Source: Mesotaenium endlicherianum (lineage: Eukaryota). From it: DNA of 60,222 nt. The stretch's first letter is position 1. Every line of letters begins with the position of its first letter. The DNA is taken from NCBI GenBank assembly GCA_009602735.1, contig WELA01001939.1, forward strand, positions 1,057,213-1,117,434, in the 5' to 3' direction. Shown piece by piece: positions 1 to 12,952 of this stretch. The notes beneath the pieces are model-generated. The model had not been told where the DNA came from. It saw only the letters and a program-made list of their open reading frames with translations, and ran no database searches. The position numbers were made by a program, and so were the translations under genes.

Positions 1-26
1 GGGGGGGGGGGGTTTGGGGAGGCTAC

Positions 27-1996
27 CAGGCATGTGAGGCACGAGTTGCACGTGCCGATGACGTCCAGGAACGTGACAACTGTCCCGCGCTCCAGCTGGT
101 GGCCGCACACGGCGATGGCAAAGACAGGGACGCGGTTGTTGTGTTGCTTGGGCGACGACAAAGAAACAGACGGGACGCACGCACTGCTGGCGCCGCTCAA
201 AGTCGCCCTCGGCCGGGAACGCGCGGGCGGGGAGTTTCTGCACCGCGCCTGCTGCGCTCTTTTTGCCGGTCTGAGTCTGATGCACCCTCGTCTCAAGTGA
301 GATAATTGGTGGATTTCACGAGTTTTTGGGAGTTTTGCTCGCTTGCACATGCATTGCGCCAGCGCGTCTTGCCCACTAGTTGTCCTCTCTGGGTCACCTC
401 ACCAGAGCACGCCCCGAATGCACGAAGCCAGCTCCATGCGCCACGTGTCGCTGCCGTGGCTTTACAGTTAAGGGCTTCATATGGGCATAAGCACCTCCCT
501 CGATATATCAGGACAATATATTAAGCATTCAATTAGACAAACACCCCACCCCCCTCCCCCCCTTATCCCCCCTTCCCAAACTTTCCTTCCCAGCTTCTAT
601 TCAACAATTGAAGGAAGAGAGGAAGGAGAGGGAGTGGGAGAGGGAGAGAGGGAGAGAAGGAGAGAGGGAGAGAAGGGGAGAATAACATCCCAGTTTAGAG
701 AGTACAGAAAGGGGAAATACAAAGAAGCGGACAAAAGAAGAGAGGGGCGTACCGGCTGGCCCTCCGCGTCGCGCACGACTCCCGCCACGCGGCACACGGT
801 CCCAACTGACACGTGTCCCGGGATGATGGGGCTGGGCACCAGATTTAGGCGGCCATGGCGCAGGTGCACGTCAGTGCCGCACACCTGGCGCACACGCACG
901 CACCGGGGGCTCGTGGGCCACATTGGTTTCACTTAGTTGTGCACTTGATCCCCCTACCCACGTTTTTCACGTTTTCTGAGAAACTCCACTGGCAACAGAA
1001 GCACATGAAGACGTGTGGTGGTGTGCATGTGAGCAGACAGCTGCTCCCTCGCGACGCCCTGCAGACGCATACTCTGTCACACTTGCAGCAGCTGAACCGC
1101 CACGCGGAATGATTTTGCGAGCAGCCAGACTGGCCGTACCCGTTCCCAGCTGTCAAGCATGCAGTTCATAGTCGATCAGGGTTATGGTACACGTGTGGCG
1201 TATGAAAAGATGGTGGGAAGGCAAAAGATCAACACCCTGATTGGAGCAGCTCTGCTTATTATTCACGTGAAATGGATGGTCAGGATCGATCGCAAGGGAT
1301 GTGCACGGCAGATCAGAGATTGGCATCTCTTGCTCTGGGAGCAGCTCAGGGAGCAGCTCTTGAAACTATTCAGGCTGCATTTGTGCGAGCATGTAGATCT
1401 GTGGGGCAAGATTAAGCTCCATGGAAAGCTAAGTTGAACAGCCGCCATGGCCCGCTTAACAAGCATGAATGCAGCCCAGAGATGGTTGCGATTTTTCCTG
1501 CGGGCTCTATGGGCAGCCCCCGTTAATATTTGGAAAACCTTCAACTTACTTAACACTGAAATGCTTATTAGGATATCTTGTTTCGCTTTTAATATACAGA
1601 AAAGAGCCTTGGGATGCATTCTCACTATTTCATCACTTTAACATGCTATTGCACTCCCTAAGTAGGAGGTCCATGTACTCATACAGACCCGCAAATACTC
1701 ATTGAAGCATTCTTTGGGTGTGTGTGTGTGTGTGTGTGTGCGCGCGCCTATGTGAGAGGTAGAACCATACTTTTCACCCAGAGTTAGCCTGACGTTCTAT
1801 GAATAAACTGAAGATGATAACAGGAGAAGAGATGATTGCTGTTTGAAAGGGTTCCGGGAAAACGAACCTCAGATAAGAGAGTCTTGATGAGGACAGAACC
1901 AGGTTCCATGTCGCTTGTTTCCAGAACCTCATCATGAACTCGTAATGTCCCGCCGTGGCTCAGCGTCACAGACTGATTCTCTATATATATGTCCAT
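27..1996 (-). CDS. Zn-dependent medium-chain dehydrogenase/reductase (ADH-like), first three exons 1868-1996, 753-884, 27-95; gene continues beyond window start
   Basis: GT/AG-bounded phase-0 exons join to MDIYIEN...PGSVLIKTLLSE|VCGTDVHLRHGRL...PIIPGHVSVG...GQP|LERGTVVTFLDVIGTCNSCLTCL. This has the CGTD catalytic-Zn Cys, a GH(V) motif and the CxxCxxC structural-Zn motif. Confidence 0.85.
1718..1746. repeat. (GT)n microsatellite in dehydrogenase intron 1
   Basis: Run of gtgtgt... followed by gcgcgc; similar CA/GT/TA tracts occur in most introns. Confidence 0.9.
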
Positions 1997-2620
1997 TTTC
2001 AATTATTCCGAGAGAGAATCACGGTCCTATCTCTGTGTAAGGTTCTCAGACATTCATTTCAAAACGCCAAGAAGAAATGACAGCCTGAATGAGGCCCGTG
2101 AGCATAATGGCAACTCTAGACGCATAAGGAAGGCTGGAAAATGTATGGCGACTTCATTGCTCCCTTGCAAAGTCAACAGTGTGTGACACCATATAACAGC
2201 GAGCATCAGTACAATCATGTACAGCTATAGCTCGTCTTTTACAAACCTAGCTCTCTGCTCACCGCGCTGCTTGTCACTCATTGCTTTAGTGCTTCTAGCT
2301 GAATCAGAACCAGAGTCGATACGTGAAAGGATCCGAAGCCACCCGAAGCAAATTGCAGGTCAACGGATAATTAATGCTGACTGCATATAGTACACGGTTG
2401 ACGCCTCAAGACCCGGGAAGACGCTGGGTGCAAATGCCAGGTCACAAAAATTGTCTGCATCCTCTGGCTTGGTCAGGGCTTGATACCACTTCAGGTTGTC
2501 CCCATCCGCCATGCATGCATGGAGAGAAAACTTGACATAGAAATTAGTAATATAATCATCTCTGCATTCACTTCGAGAGGCACTGGCTGGATCCTTCTAG
2601 CTCGTTCCAGCGCCGTGTGA

Positions 2621-5600
2621 ATGTTGGCTGTCTTTCTTGCATGTCTGCAAGTTAAGACTGTTCAGATTGCAAAAGAAGCAGATAGGGCAGCGTCCGTATT
2701 CACCAGGAGCATGCTTTCTCCTGGCTCGAAGCTGTTTACACCGTACCCTATTAATTTAAAATCGTTCACAGGGTCAATACCGCGAGAAGGAAGTGCAGGC
2801 TCTTGCGCTTCTCGTTCTGAAACCTTCCCTTTGAGGCTACGTTTGGATAAAGTGGTATCACTCAATCGCATCAGCTGTCTCGCATCAGGCGCTAGCAGTG
2901 CTCTGAAAAGAAGTCCTTTCGCCTTTAGTTCGGGTCTCGGCAGTGTGCTGCTTCAGTCTGGCCCGCAGAGATCCGCTTCGTTATTCCAAGTTGAAATTAA
3001 TTTATATTCACGGCCCGGTTCAAACTTCTTCGAACAATTCTTAGCAACTAAGCTGCTTTCACGGGATCAAAACGCAGTGCGATCATATGTGTGTTTCTCT
3101 GAAAAGTTAAGACAGGCCGCGCCCATTGCCACAGCAGAGTTGGAGGTGCAGGAGCCAGCTGGCCTTGATGTGATGTCGCATGCAGCTGAGGACGAAATGA
3201 TGGCCGAGCGTGCCAGTGAGGCCGACACTCAGAATGCTGCTCCTGGGAAATCGACCGTGGAGATTTCAGAGAGCAAGGCAGGGGCAGATCCGACGTCCGT
3301 GGCTGGTGCAGTTGCAAGCAATGGCACCGGCACCAGCACCAGCCCAGGAAAAACTACGAATAAGGTCACAGACGCATCTGAGAGGGAGTGTAAGGCCAAT
3401 TCGGAAATACCGAAGCCAGACACAGCTGCCACACCCAAAGCCAAGAAGAACAAGCAAGCAAGCGCGAGGGGAGACAAATCTTCTCCAGGGGCGGGCACGG
3501 GGGCTGAGGAGGAGCTGGGGCTGTTTGGTATCAGCAGAGAGACAGGGAAGCAGGTGCAGCCCCTCCAGGTGGGGGGGTTTCAGATCGAAGGGGTGTCGGT
3601 GGGGGGGCAAGAGACGTGTATAATCATCCCCTCCCTCAAGATTGCGTTTGACACCGGCCGATGCCCCCCCAGGGCGGTATTCCAGGAGAACCTGTACATC
3701 AGCCACTGCCACATGGATCATGTGGTGAGTCGTCACCCACCCAAGGCAGAAAGAGAGTGCGCAAGAGAGAAAAAGAGAGGGGGGGGTGTGGTAGGAGGGG
3801 AGGGAGGGAGGGAGGGAGAGGTAGATGTGCTGCTGCCTTTAATCCCTAGGTGCCTTTCAAACGCCTGGCGCCTTAATCTCTGGCCCCCTTAGACCCTGGC
3901 CCCTGTCCCTTCAATTATCTGGCCCTTGAACCCTGGCCCCCGCAAACATCGCCCCCTTAAACCCTAGCCCCTTGCGCTCCGACCCCTTACAACCAGTTCT
4001 CTCTCAGGCCATATCCTTAAGCCCTCACATCTGCGAAGTGGACCCCCCGGGTTTCTTTGAATCCTGGGGCCTGAAGCGCACTATTAGGGTTTGCCGACCC
4101 CATTGCAGCAGGACAAATCTGGGCCCCTGAACCTCACCCGTGGTTGCCAGACTTGCCACAAATCTCTCCACAGCCCCCAGGGCCCCTAGGGTTACACTGT
4201 GTGTCGCGCAAGTGCTCCAGACACGTAGCTGCTCCGAGCCATCCCTTTGGAGCCAGATACACCAAATTTCCATTCACATCCTAAGGCTTAGCAATAACTG
4301 CCAGCCTCAGAGCTGCAGGCACTGAACCCGCACCACAACCCTGAACCCTCCCCATGCAGGCTCCAGTGTCTCTGCAGGCAAGCCTTTAGACCCTCGAGTC
4401 GTACCTCCACCTGACTCCCAAGCTGGCCTCCCGTCTCCAGTCTGAGGGGTTCTCTTCAGCTCCTAGCCCTGAAAGCCAAACCCTAATGTTGAAAATTTTA
4501 TGAAGCCTGGGCGTGGCCCGCAGTTGGTCGTTTGTCGCCCTAAATCTGAACCCTAGAGCGGCAGGAGCGTGGGCTTGGACCACTCTGACTCCTAACACGT
4601 CTTAGAATAATGGAATCGCGCCGCAGCCAACGGGCAGGGGGGTGCATCGTGCCAGTGGGCCCCTGCAAGACCTTAACCCGTAACACGGACGCATCGAATG
4701 GAGCAGTTCAATAGGCGGGCCAGGGACGTGCATCGGGCTGCAAAACCTCAGCTCTGAACGAACACATGTCCCGCAGAAAGGGCCGGAAGTAGTGGGCCAG
4801 GAACGGCCCTCTGGACGGAACCCTGACCCTAATTCTAACCCTAACCCTGACCCTGAGTGCACAAAATGCCCAGCAGGGAGAGTCAGTAGTCAGCGGCTGA
4901 GGATGGGCATGCCCATAAGGGGGTATGCTGCAATAAGAATTTAAGTCTGAGCATTGCCGATGCAGCGGGCCGCTTGGCATAAACTTCAAAAAGCCCTTAA
5001 CTCTAGACCTGGGTCCTGAAGCTTTACACCAAATTTGGCCCTGGCTCCACCTCTGCCTCCCCAGCATGGCTCCTCCCTAGGCTGACACGTCTGCCCTTAT
5101 TGCCACCGTGCGTGGAGCACTAAGTCATGTCTGCACGTATATGTCCCGACTGCCTCTCATCAATCTACACACACACACACACACACACTTACACTCTCAT
5201 GCATGCACAAACGCACTCACACGCGCACACACAGAAACACACAGTTCACATCATGTGTAGAGGTGCTGGCTCCAACAACGTGAAATTTACTGGCGTGTGC
5301 ATGAACGTAGTCTGAGTTTGTACATTTCTCTCCACACATGCGCATACGCACGCGAGCGTCGCACAAAGCGTGTACCCTCATGCCGAGTGCAGAACAGGCG
5401 CCGGGCATCTTACCTGCACTTTCACCAAGCATGTCCCCACCGTTCTCGAGAACCACCTGTCTCCCTGAGTTCCCTTTCATGTCACACACGCTCTTCATTT
5501 CCTGATGGCATTTGGCCTCCCTCCCTCCTCCTTGCGGTGACCGTTACATTGACCTCTGCGTTGACCCTGTTGACCCTGGCAGGGGGGCATTGCGTTCCAC

Positions 5601-8600
5601 ATCGCCACCAGGGGCCTGTTCGCACTGAAGCCCCCCACGGTGGTGGTGCCCAGTGTGAACAGGCCCACCGTGGAGAAGCTCATCCAGACGTTCCGCGAGC
5701 TCGACGGCTCGGACCTCGCGCACGACCTCGTCGGCATGCAGGTCAGCCACCGGGCGGAGAGGCCAGCTGGCAGCCAGCTGGCGGCCACAGCTGGCAGCTG
5801 GCTGCCCGCAGGTCAGGGGTTGGGGTTGAGGGTCGAGGGATAGGTGTTAGCGTGAGGGTGCCGGATGCAGCCGAGGAGAACCGTGTGCTCCGCTGATGTC
5901 CGATCCGGCAGCCTCCTCCTGTGTCCCTCGCGCGCCCGCCCGCTCGCCGGCTCTCGGGCTCTTGGCTTGAGGACAGAGACGGGAACGGCGACGGCGACGG
6001 CAACGACAACGAGTAGTCTTCTCCTCTCCCCTGTGCTGCCTGGCGGCGACAAGAACCGTTTTGAAGTTGTCCCAGCTCGTTCTCCGCTCCTGTCTCCTGT
6101 ATCGTCTCCGGCCCCGTCTCCGGTCCTGTCTCCGGTCCCGTCTCCGGTCCTGTCTCTCTCCCTTGACTTCTGTTTCCATCTGGTGCTGGGGCTGGCCTTT
6201 AGATACTCAGGGTGCACGCGCTGTGGGGAAAGGTCTCACCCTTGGTTAGGGCTTTCCCAGGTGCGTGTGGCTTGCTGCCATTGTCCCTCGGCGAGTGCAA
6301 GCAGAGTGCCAGGTGGCGCCATCTTCTGGAGGGCTGACTCAAAATGCACGGCTCGAGGCCGCTCGCCCGCAGAAGCACGCGACTGCAAGCCGCTCCGCGT
6401 TTGTCGCAGCTCTGGTTGGCAGCAACGAACCAGCCCCTGTCGCAGTCCAGGTGTTTGATAACACAACCCGGTGAGGAGTGAGTGGGGGCGAGTTTGGGGA
6501 CTGATAGGAATAGGCGTGGAGTGGAAGGGGGGGCAAACCCACCCGCTCCCCCTCCCGTCCGGGGGCTCATCAGAGGGCTGCTGCTGCTGCTGCTGCTGCC
6601 TGCTGGCTCCTAGATCTCTCCGTGCTGCCCCCCCCGGTGCTGCGGCCTGTGTGGATCAAGCGGCGGTCGCGCGCTGGCGCAGAGAGCCAGAATACGGCTC
6701 CCTCTGAGACCTCCCGCACCCTGAGACTCTGGCCCGCGTGTCGCGAGCTGGGCGTGACAGGTGGGCGAGCAGCGGCCGCTCGTGAGCGGGCACTACATCA
6801 AGGCATTCAAGACCTACCACGTCGTCCCCAGCCAGGTGCGGCCCCCCTGCGCCGGTCGTGGCCAGAGCTGTCGCATGCACGTGTGCGCACATGCATGCAC
6901 ACACATGAACGTGCATGCATGGGTGCGCACATGCGTGCGTGCGCGTGTACTTGTAGGAACACGCACGGCGCACTCACTCGTTGGAAGCGTACGGCACGCA
7001 TGCTTGCTAGGAGCGTGCGTAAGCGCGTGCTGTGCATGTTCTTTGCCCGCTTCTCCTTCTTGTTCTTCTCCTCGTTTTTCTTCTCGTTCTCTCATCTCAG
7101 CGCCATGCTTCTTTATGTGTGCTTCTACGGTGGCGTGCAAATTTCAGACGCTCGCAAGCCTGTCGATGCATCCGAGTTGAGGCGGCTGTTTGTGCGTGCC
7201 CGTGCACTCATGTACGTGCGCGTGCGCGTGAGCGCGTGCATCTCTCGTGCCGCGTCCCTCTCCGCCCTGGCCTTCCGTCTGCCGCCCCGCGCCAAGCTGG
7301 CAGGAACAAGCATGGGAGCCTCGCTCGCTCACGCCCCCCCTTCAAGCGCGCCCCTGCTGCGCACCGCCTGTTAACACCCCACACTAACTCCTGGTCTTCC
7401 ACGCCGTTGCTCGTTTTCTAGTGCCGCTCTGCCACCCATCGTGGGCACCAAAGGCGCGGGCGCGCAACGGAGGGCTGCAGGGCTAATTTCTGCACATGCT
7501 TGCCGAAGCAGTAGCTGGAAGTTGGGGGGGCAAAAGAATAAAACGATTTTCTGCAAGGCTATTGCCTAGACTTGCAGAAACAGAAGCTGGAAAGGGGGGG
7601 GNNNNNNNNNNNNNNNNNNNNNNNNNNNNNNNNNNNNNNNNNNNNNNNNNNNNNNNNNNNNNNNNNNNNNNNNNNNNNNNNNNNNNNNNNNNNNNNNNNN
7701 NNNNNNNNNNNNNNNNNNNNNNNNNNNNNNNNNNNNNNNNNNNNNNNNNNNNNNNNNNNNNNNNNNNNNNNNNNNNNNNNNNNNNNNNNNNNNNNNNNNN
7801 NNNNNNNNNNNNNNNNNNNNNNNNNNNNNNNNNNNNNNNNNNNNNNNNNNNNNNNNNNNNNNNNNNNNNNNNNNNNNNNNNNNNNNNNNNNNNNNNNNNN
7901 NNNNNNNNNNNNNNNNNNNNNNNNNNNNNNNNNNNNNNNNNNNNNNNNNNNNNNNNNNNNNNNNNNNNNNNNNNNNNNNNNNNNNNNNNNNNNNNNNNNN
8001 NNNNNNNNNNNNNNNNNNNNNNNNNNNNNNNNNNNNNNNNNNNNNNNNNNNNNNNNNNNNNNNNNNNNNNNNNNNNNNNNNNNNNNNNNNNNNNNNNNNN
8101 NNNNNNNNNNNNNNNNNNNNNNNNNNNNNNNNNNNNNNNNNNNNNNNNNNNNNNNNNNNNNNNNNNNNNNNNNNNNNNNNNNNNNNNNNNNNNNNNNNNN
8201 NNNNNNNNNNNNNNNNNNNNNNNNNNNNNNNNNNGGGGGGGGGGAGAGATTGGGGGGCAAAGTAATATTATAAGTCAGACAACGCCTCATTTAGATGTTT
8301 TTTATCCTCTCGTTTTCTCTACTGCAGGGCTTCTGTACTTACTCCCAGAAGCAGAATGAAGTGCAACAGACACAGATGTATAAGATTCAGTGTATATCCT
8401 TTCCTCTCTCCTGCAGGGCTATCACATATACTCGCGGAAGCAGGATGAAGCAGACTAGAGTGCATGCGTGCATGTATACGCCATTCTCTCTCCATTCCTG
8501 CAGGGCTACCTCATATACGTGCAGAAGCAGAAATGAAGTGAGAACAGATCGAGATGTACATTAATCCATGAGTGTATACAACGTATATTACTTCTCCTCC

Positions 8601-8985
8601 CCTCTCCTGCAGGGCTACTGCATCTACTCACGCAAGCAGAAGCTGAAGCCGCAGTACGTGGGCCTCCCCAGCCACGAGATTCGGCAGCTCAAGCAGGACG
8701 GCGTCCAGGTGCATCCCCCTTCCCCTGCCTCCCTCCCTCCCAACCCACACGCACACGTGCGCTGGACTCTGCTCCCTCACTCTCTCCTGTGATTCGCCTT
8801 GCCGTCCTCAGAACCTCTTTGACCATGGGAGGAAGTCGGAGACGGAGTAGTTCTCTGCTGAACCATCCGTTGCACGAGCAAACTCTGTCACAACTGGCAT
8901 GCCCAATCCTCCCGTGCAAGTGCTCGAGGGAGGGATTTCACGTGCGCTGAGTCATTGGCTTAGAGCGCGCGCACGCGCGCGTGTG

Positions 8986-9017
<32 letters not shown>

Positions 9018-11280
9018 TGTGGACACACGCGTACATAGCGTATCATCAGTTCTGATGTTGCACATGTGTTCGTTGCCAACGGCTTTGCAAGCCCCAACAT
9101 TTGCCCCACCATAACACCAGAATAAAAATCGTGCGCCACATGCTGCAGTGTCACCTGCGTCCTCCTGCCTCCCTTGCTGCCAACCTCAGCACCATATCCC
9201 CCCCCCCCCGGCCCGTCNNNNNNNNNNNNNNNNNNNNNNNNNNNNNNNNNNNNNNNNNNNNNNNNNNNNNNNNNNNNNNNNNNNNNNNNNNNNNNNNNNN
9301 NNNNNNNNNNNNNNNNNNNNNNNNNNNNNNNNNNNNNNNNNNNNNNNNNNNNNNNNNNNNNNNNNNNNNNNNNNNNNNNNNNNNNNNNNNNNNNNNNNNN
9401 NNNNNNNNNNNNNNNNNNNNNNNNNNNNNNNNNNNNNNNNNNNNNNNNNNNNNNNNNNNNNNNNNNNNNNNNNNNNNNNNNNNNNNNNNNNNNNNNNNNN
9501 NNNNNNNNNNNNNNNNNNNNNNNNNNNNNNNNNNNNNNNNNNNNNNNNNNNNNNNNNNNNNNNNNNNNNNNNNNNNNNNNNNNNNNNNNNNNNNNNNNNN
9601 NNNNNNNNNNNNNNNNNNNNNNNNNNNNNNNNNNNNNNNNNNNNNNNNNNNNNNNNNNNNNNNNNNNNNNNNNNNNNNNNNNNNNNNNNNNNNNNNNNNN
9701 NNNNNNNNNNNNNNNNNNNNNNNNNNNNNNNNNNNNNNNNNNNNNNNNNNNNNNNNNNNNNNNNNNNNNNNNNNNNNNNNNNNNNNNNNNNNNNNNNNNN
9801 NNNNNNNNNNNNNNNNNNNNNNNNNNNNNNNNNNNNNNNNNNNNNNNNNNNNNNNNNNNNNNNNNNNNNNNNNNNNNNNNNNNNNNNNNNNNNNNNNNNN
9901 NNNNNNNNNNNNNNNNNNNNNNNNNNNNNNNNNNNNNNNNNNNNNNNGGGGGGGGAGTGCTTCTGCTTCTGCTTCTGCTTCTGCACGGGCGATGGTGTGT
10001 CTTGGGAAGAGGGGGAAGGCGTGAAGGCGTGAGTGGAGGTCCGAGGGCCTGTATGTGGGCATGCGCGCGTGCGTGGAAGGTGTTGCCTGGCATGTCAGGG
10101 TGTGGTGCGCATGACACGGTCTCTTATGCGCGCACGTGTGCACGTGTAGTTCTTGGTTATGCACAAATACAGCGCGGTCGAACACCAATGATGCATGCTC
10201 ATGAACGGACTTGGTAAGGCACGTCGGGAATGGGAGCTTGTGCAAATATGTACATATATATATATATATATACCGTATATGTAGATAGATCATGTGTGCG
10301 TGTGTATCTGTACAGATGTGTCTGTATGCATGTATATACGTACATGTGAGTATGGATGTATGTTATATATGTACACATATATACGTGTATATATAGATAC
10401 CACTTAAGCACATGCAGTGGATGCACAGTGGCCTCTTGTCTTGTCTTTGCCGAGTCAGAGGTGTGGCCACATGCACACGGCCGTGCATGCGCGCGTATGT
10501 GCTCGTGTGTGGCGTTAAGACACGACGTGAGGGCGAGGAAATGGGGTATTGGCAACGTGATGTGTACACATGGATGTGATTATACATATGAAAAGTACAT
10601 ATGTGTATTGTGTACATCAATGTATATTATGTGTACATGTATTGTACCATACATATATATTGTACCACACATGTGTGTCTATATATATTGAATATGTATA
10701 CAAATATACATACATACATACATATACGTATGTCCATGAACGTATTTGCATGTGTCATGTCGGCTATATTTATATCCAGATAGATACCATCTATAAACTA
10801 CTTGTATTTCATCGTATATTACATCGAATGCAGGCAACATTCATCAACGACGCCACGACTGAGGAGCACGCGCGCGCGTGGGGCCACGTCCATTTGTCTG
10901 AGGTCAGTCAACTTCATACACACTCTCATATGTGCGTACGTTGTAAACATGTGCATGATGTTCCACCCACTAGTGTGTGTGCAACACACGCATGGTTTCA
11001 CAGGGACCTGCTGCTACTTGCAATTCCTTAGCAAAAAGTAAGCGTACAGTCGCTGACTTCTTCGAAGCTGGATCAATCTATACATACAATTATAATATTG
11101 AAAGGAACGAGATACAGGTGCATGTCATATGATCAACGGATCTCACAGTGTGTGTAAGGATCTACTTTGACATATACACACATATATATACATTTGTTTA
11201 TTTGAACATTTACTATACTTGTCTATATTTATATATGCATGTCAGCAGATTCATATATTGATCAAGAGATCCATTATGTG

Positions 11281-11317
<37 letters not shown>

Positions 11318-12952
11318 ATATATCCATAAATCATAATTGTGTGTGTACACACATATTAGTGTGCTGCTGATAGATACATATGTATATACATGAATATATA
11401 CATATGTATGTGTTTATATTTACATCTATATATACCTGTGTATATACATACACGCGCAAACACGTGTATGCCTGTTGCCGTGTGTGTTCATGTGGGTGGG
11501 CTTGACTGCCACCATATGCTGTCGTTGGTTGTTGAGCACCTTTCATTTAAGCCAACTGATGCAATGATATTGAGCCAACCCGCAGCAAGTGGGTGCAGGT
11601 AGGTGGCACGCGTGCTCCCTAGTTGCACTTTCCTTCCACCATCATTTTGGCGTGCCTGGGGTTCTATCTGACTGCGTAATGCCAAGGCTCACAGACACAG
11701 CACACACGTGGGCACATGCATGCTCGATACCAATACTTATACGGCATATGCGTGTCTATAAACATGTATAAATTGTATACATACAAACATACGTATAGAC
11801 TTGTGTGTATATATATGGATTTAGAGATATGCATGTGTTCATTACGTGTGCATATATTTCATATGTGTATTTGTATAGACATATATTTACATATACACAC
11901 ATACATATACACAAACGACAAGCATCCAACCTTGCCTGCTGGAGGAGCCTATATAAAACTGGCGCGCGCGTGCGAGCCTTCATAAAAACAGCCGATGCAT
12001 GGCATTGTTGACCGCACTCGAGTGAAGGATGGAACTACGTGTATCCCCATGTGTGTGTTGCGCTGTTGGGGTGACAGGTGGCAAGGCTCGCGGACCGCTT
12101 CAAGAACGAGGCGATCCTGCTCATCCACTTCTCGGCGCGCTACAAGCGCCAGGTGTTGCCCCCACCCTCACCCCTCCCCCTCGCGCTCGCCCCTCGCCCT
12201 TCCACTCTTGCCTCTTGCACACGCACGGTGGAGTGGAAATCAATGTTGGTATGTCATAGGTACCCCATGCGCACGTGCGCGCGCACGCACCCGCCTGCCC
12301 ACCCACCCACCCGCGCTCTCACACTCATGCACACACACAGACACGCACTTATGCATGCACACAGACACACGCACGCACGCACACACGTGCCAAGTGTGCA
12401 TGTCGGACTTACTGCCTCTTGGAAGATAATCCTGCTGGGCTCTAGACTCTAGGCTGAAGGCTCTGGCCTCTTCTAGCCTGTATTCACTTGTTGGTATGAG
12501 GTGTTGGTGGTGGTAAAACTGCATCGTACCTGCTAATCACAGACACATATGTGAATCCCCTCAGACATGCTGCCCTGTAATATCTGACCACCATCACTGC
12601 AGCCATCTGTGGGTATGTATGTATACCTGCCTATCTATGTATACATATATGTATATTCAATATTTATGTGTGTACACATGTATATCCATATACGCATGTG
12701 TCTACGAGTAGATGTACTCGTTCATATACGCGTATATATATAGTATCTTTCTGGGTACAGCCTGGACTGGCCCTAATATTTTCTCCAGAAGGAACCAAAG
12801 GAACAGAAGTGATATGATGGAATCGATCGCGAGCTGATGGTGACACTTGTTGCTTGCTCACATTTCTTCTGACTCAGGACATTCTGAAAGCCATCGACGG
12901 CTTGCCAGCTGGCCTCAAGGAGCGCGTGACGCCCCTCTTGGAGCGCTTCTGA
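2621..12952 (+). CDS. TRZ: Short-form (TM-type) tRNase Z. Exons 2621(or 3173)-3724, 5583-5741, 6761-6835, 8613-8708, [missing exon(s) probably in gap 9218-9947], 10834-10902, 12078-12152, 12878-12952
   Basis: Motifs EGVSVGGQETC, AFDTGRCP, HCHMDH (HxHxDH), KTYHVVPSQ|GY, KLKPQYVGL arm, ATF...GHVHLSE, ILLIHFSARY and terminal DILKAIDGLPAGLKERVTPLLERF*. All visible introns are GT-AG, phase 0. The AFTGDT segment is absent from the called bases. Start codon uncertain. Confidence 0.92.
4820..4857 (+). repeat. Short telomere-like (CCCTRA)n tract in tRNase Z intron 1
   Basis: ccctgaccctaattctaaccctaaccctgaccctga. Confidence 0.55.
7602..8234. other. Assembly gap
   Basis: Run of N flanked by poly-G. 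Confidence 1.
8300..8650 (+). repeat. Four tandem degenerate copies (~90-110 bp period) of the tRNase Z exon-4 acceptor plus exon start
   Basis: Pyrimidine tract + CTGCAG|GGCT...AAGCAG with the AG ending at 8327, 8416, 8503 and 8612. Confidence 0.85.
9218..9947. other. Assembly gap, probably hiding tRNase Z exon(s)
   Basis: Run of N; the tRNase Z segment expected between exon 4 and the ATF exon is missing. Confidence 0.95.

Noticed and set aside
481..1700. Short plus-strand ORFs inside the dehydrogenase gene
   Set aside because: No recognisable motifs; they overlap introns and GA-rich tracts.
4820..4857. True telomere or chromosome fusion site
   Set aside because: Only ~6 degenerate units inside an intron.
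8300..8650. CRISPR-like repeat-spacer appearance
   Set aside because: Repeats are degenerate copies of a splice acceptor and exon start; eukaryotic context and no cas genes.
7496..10293. Long ORFs spanning the N runs
   Set aside because: Artefacts of translating assembly gaps.
10200..12000. Cys/Tyr/His-rich ORFs in tRNase Z introns
   Set aside because: Translations of TA/CA/TG low-complexity sequence.
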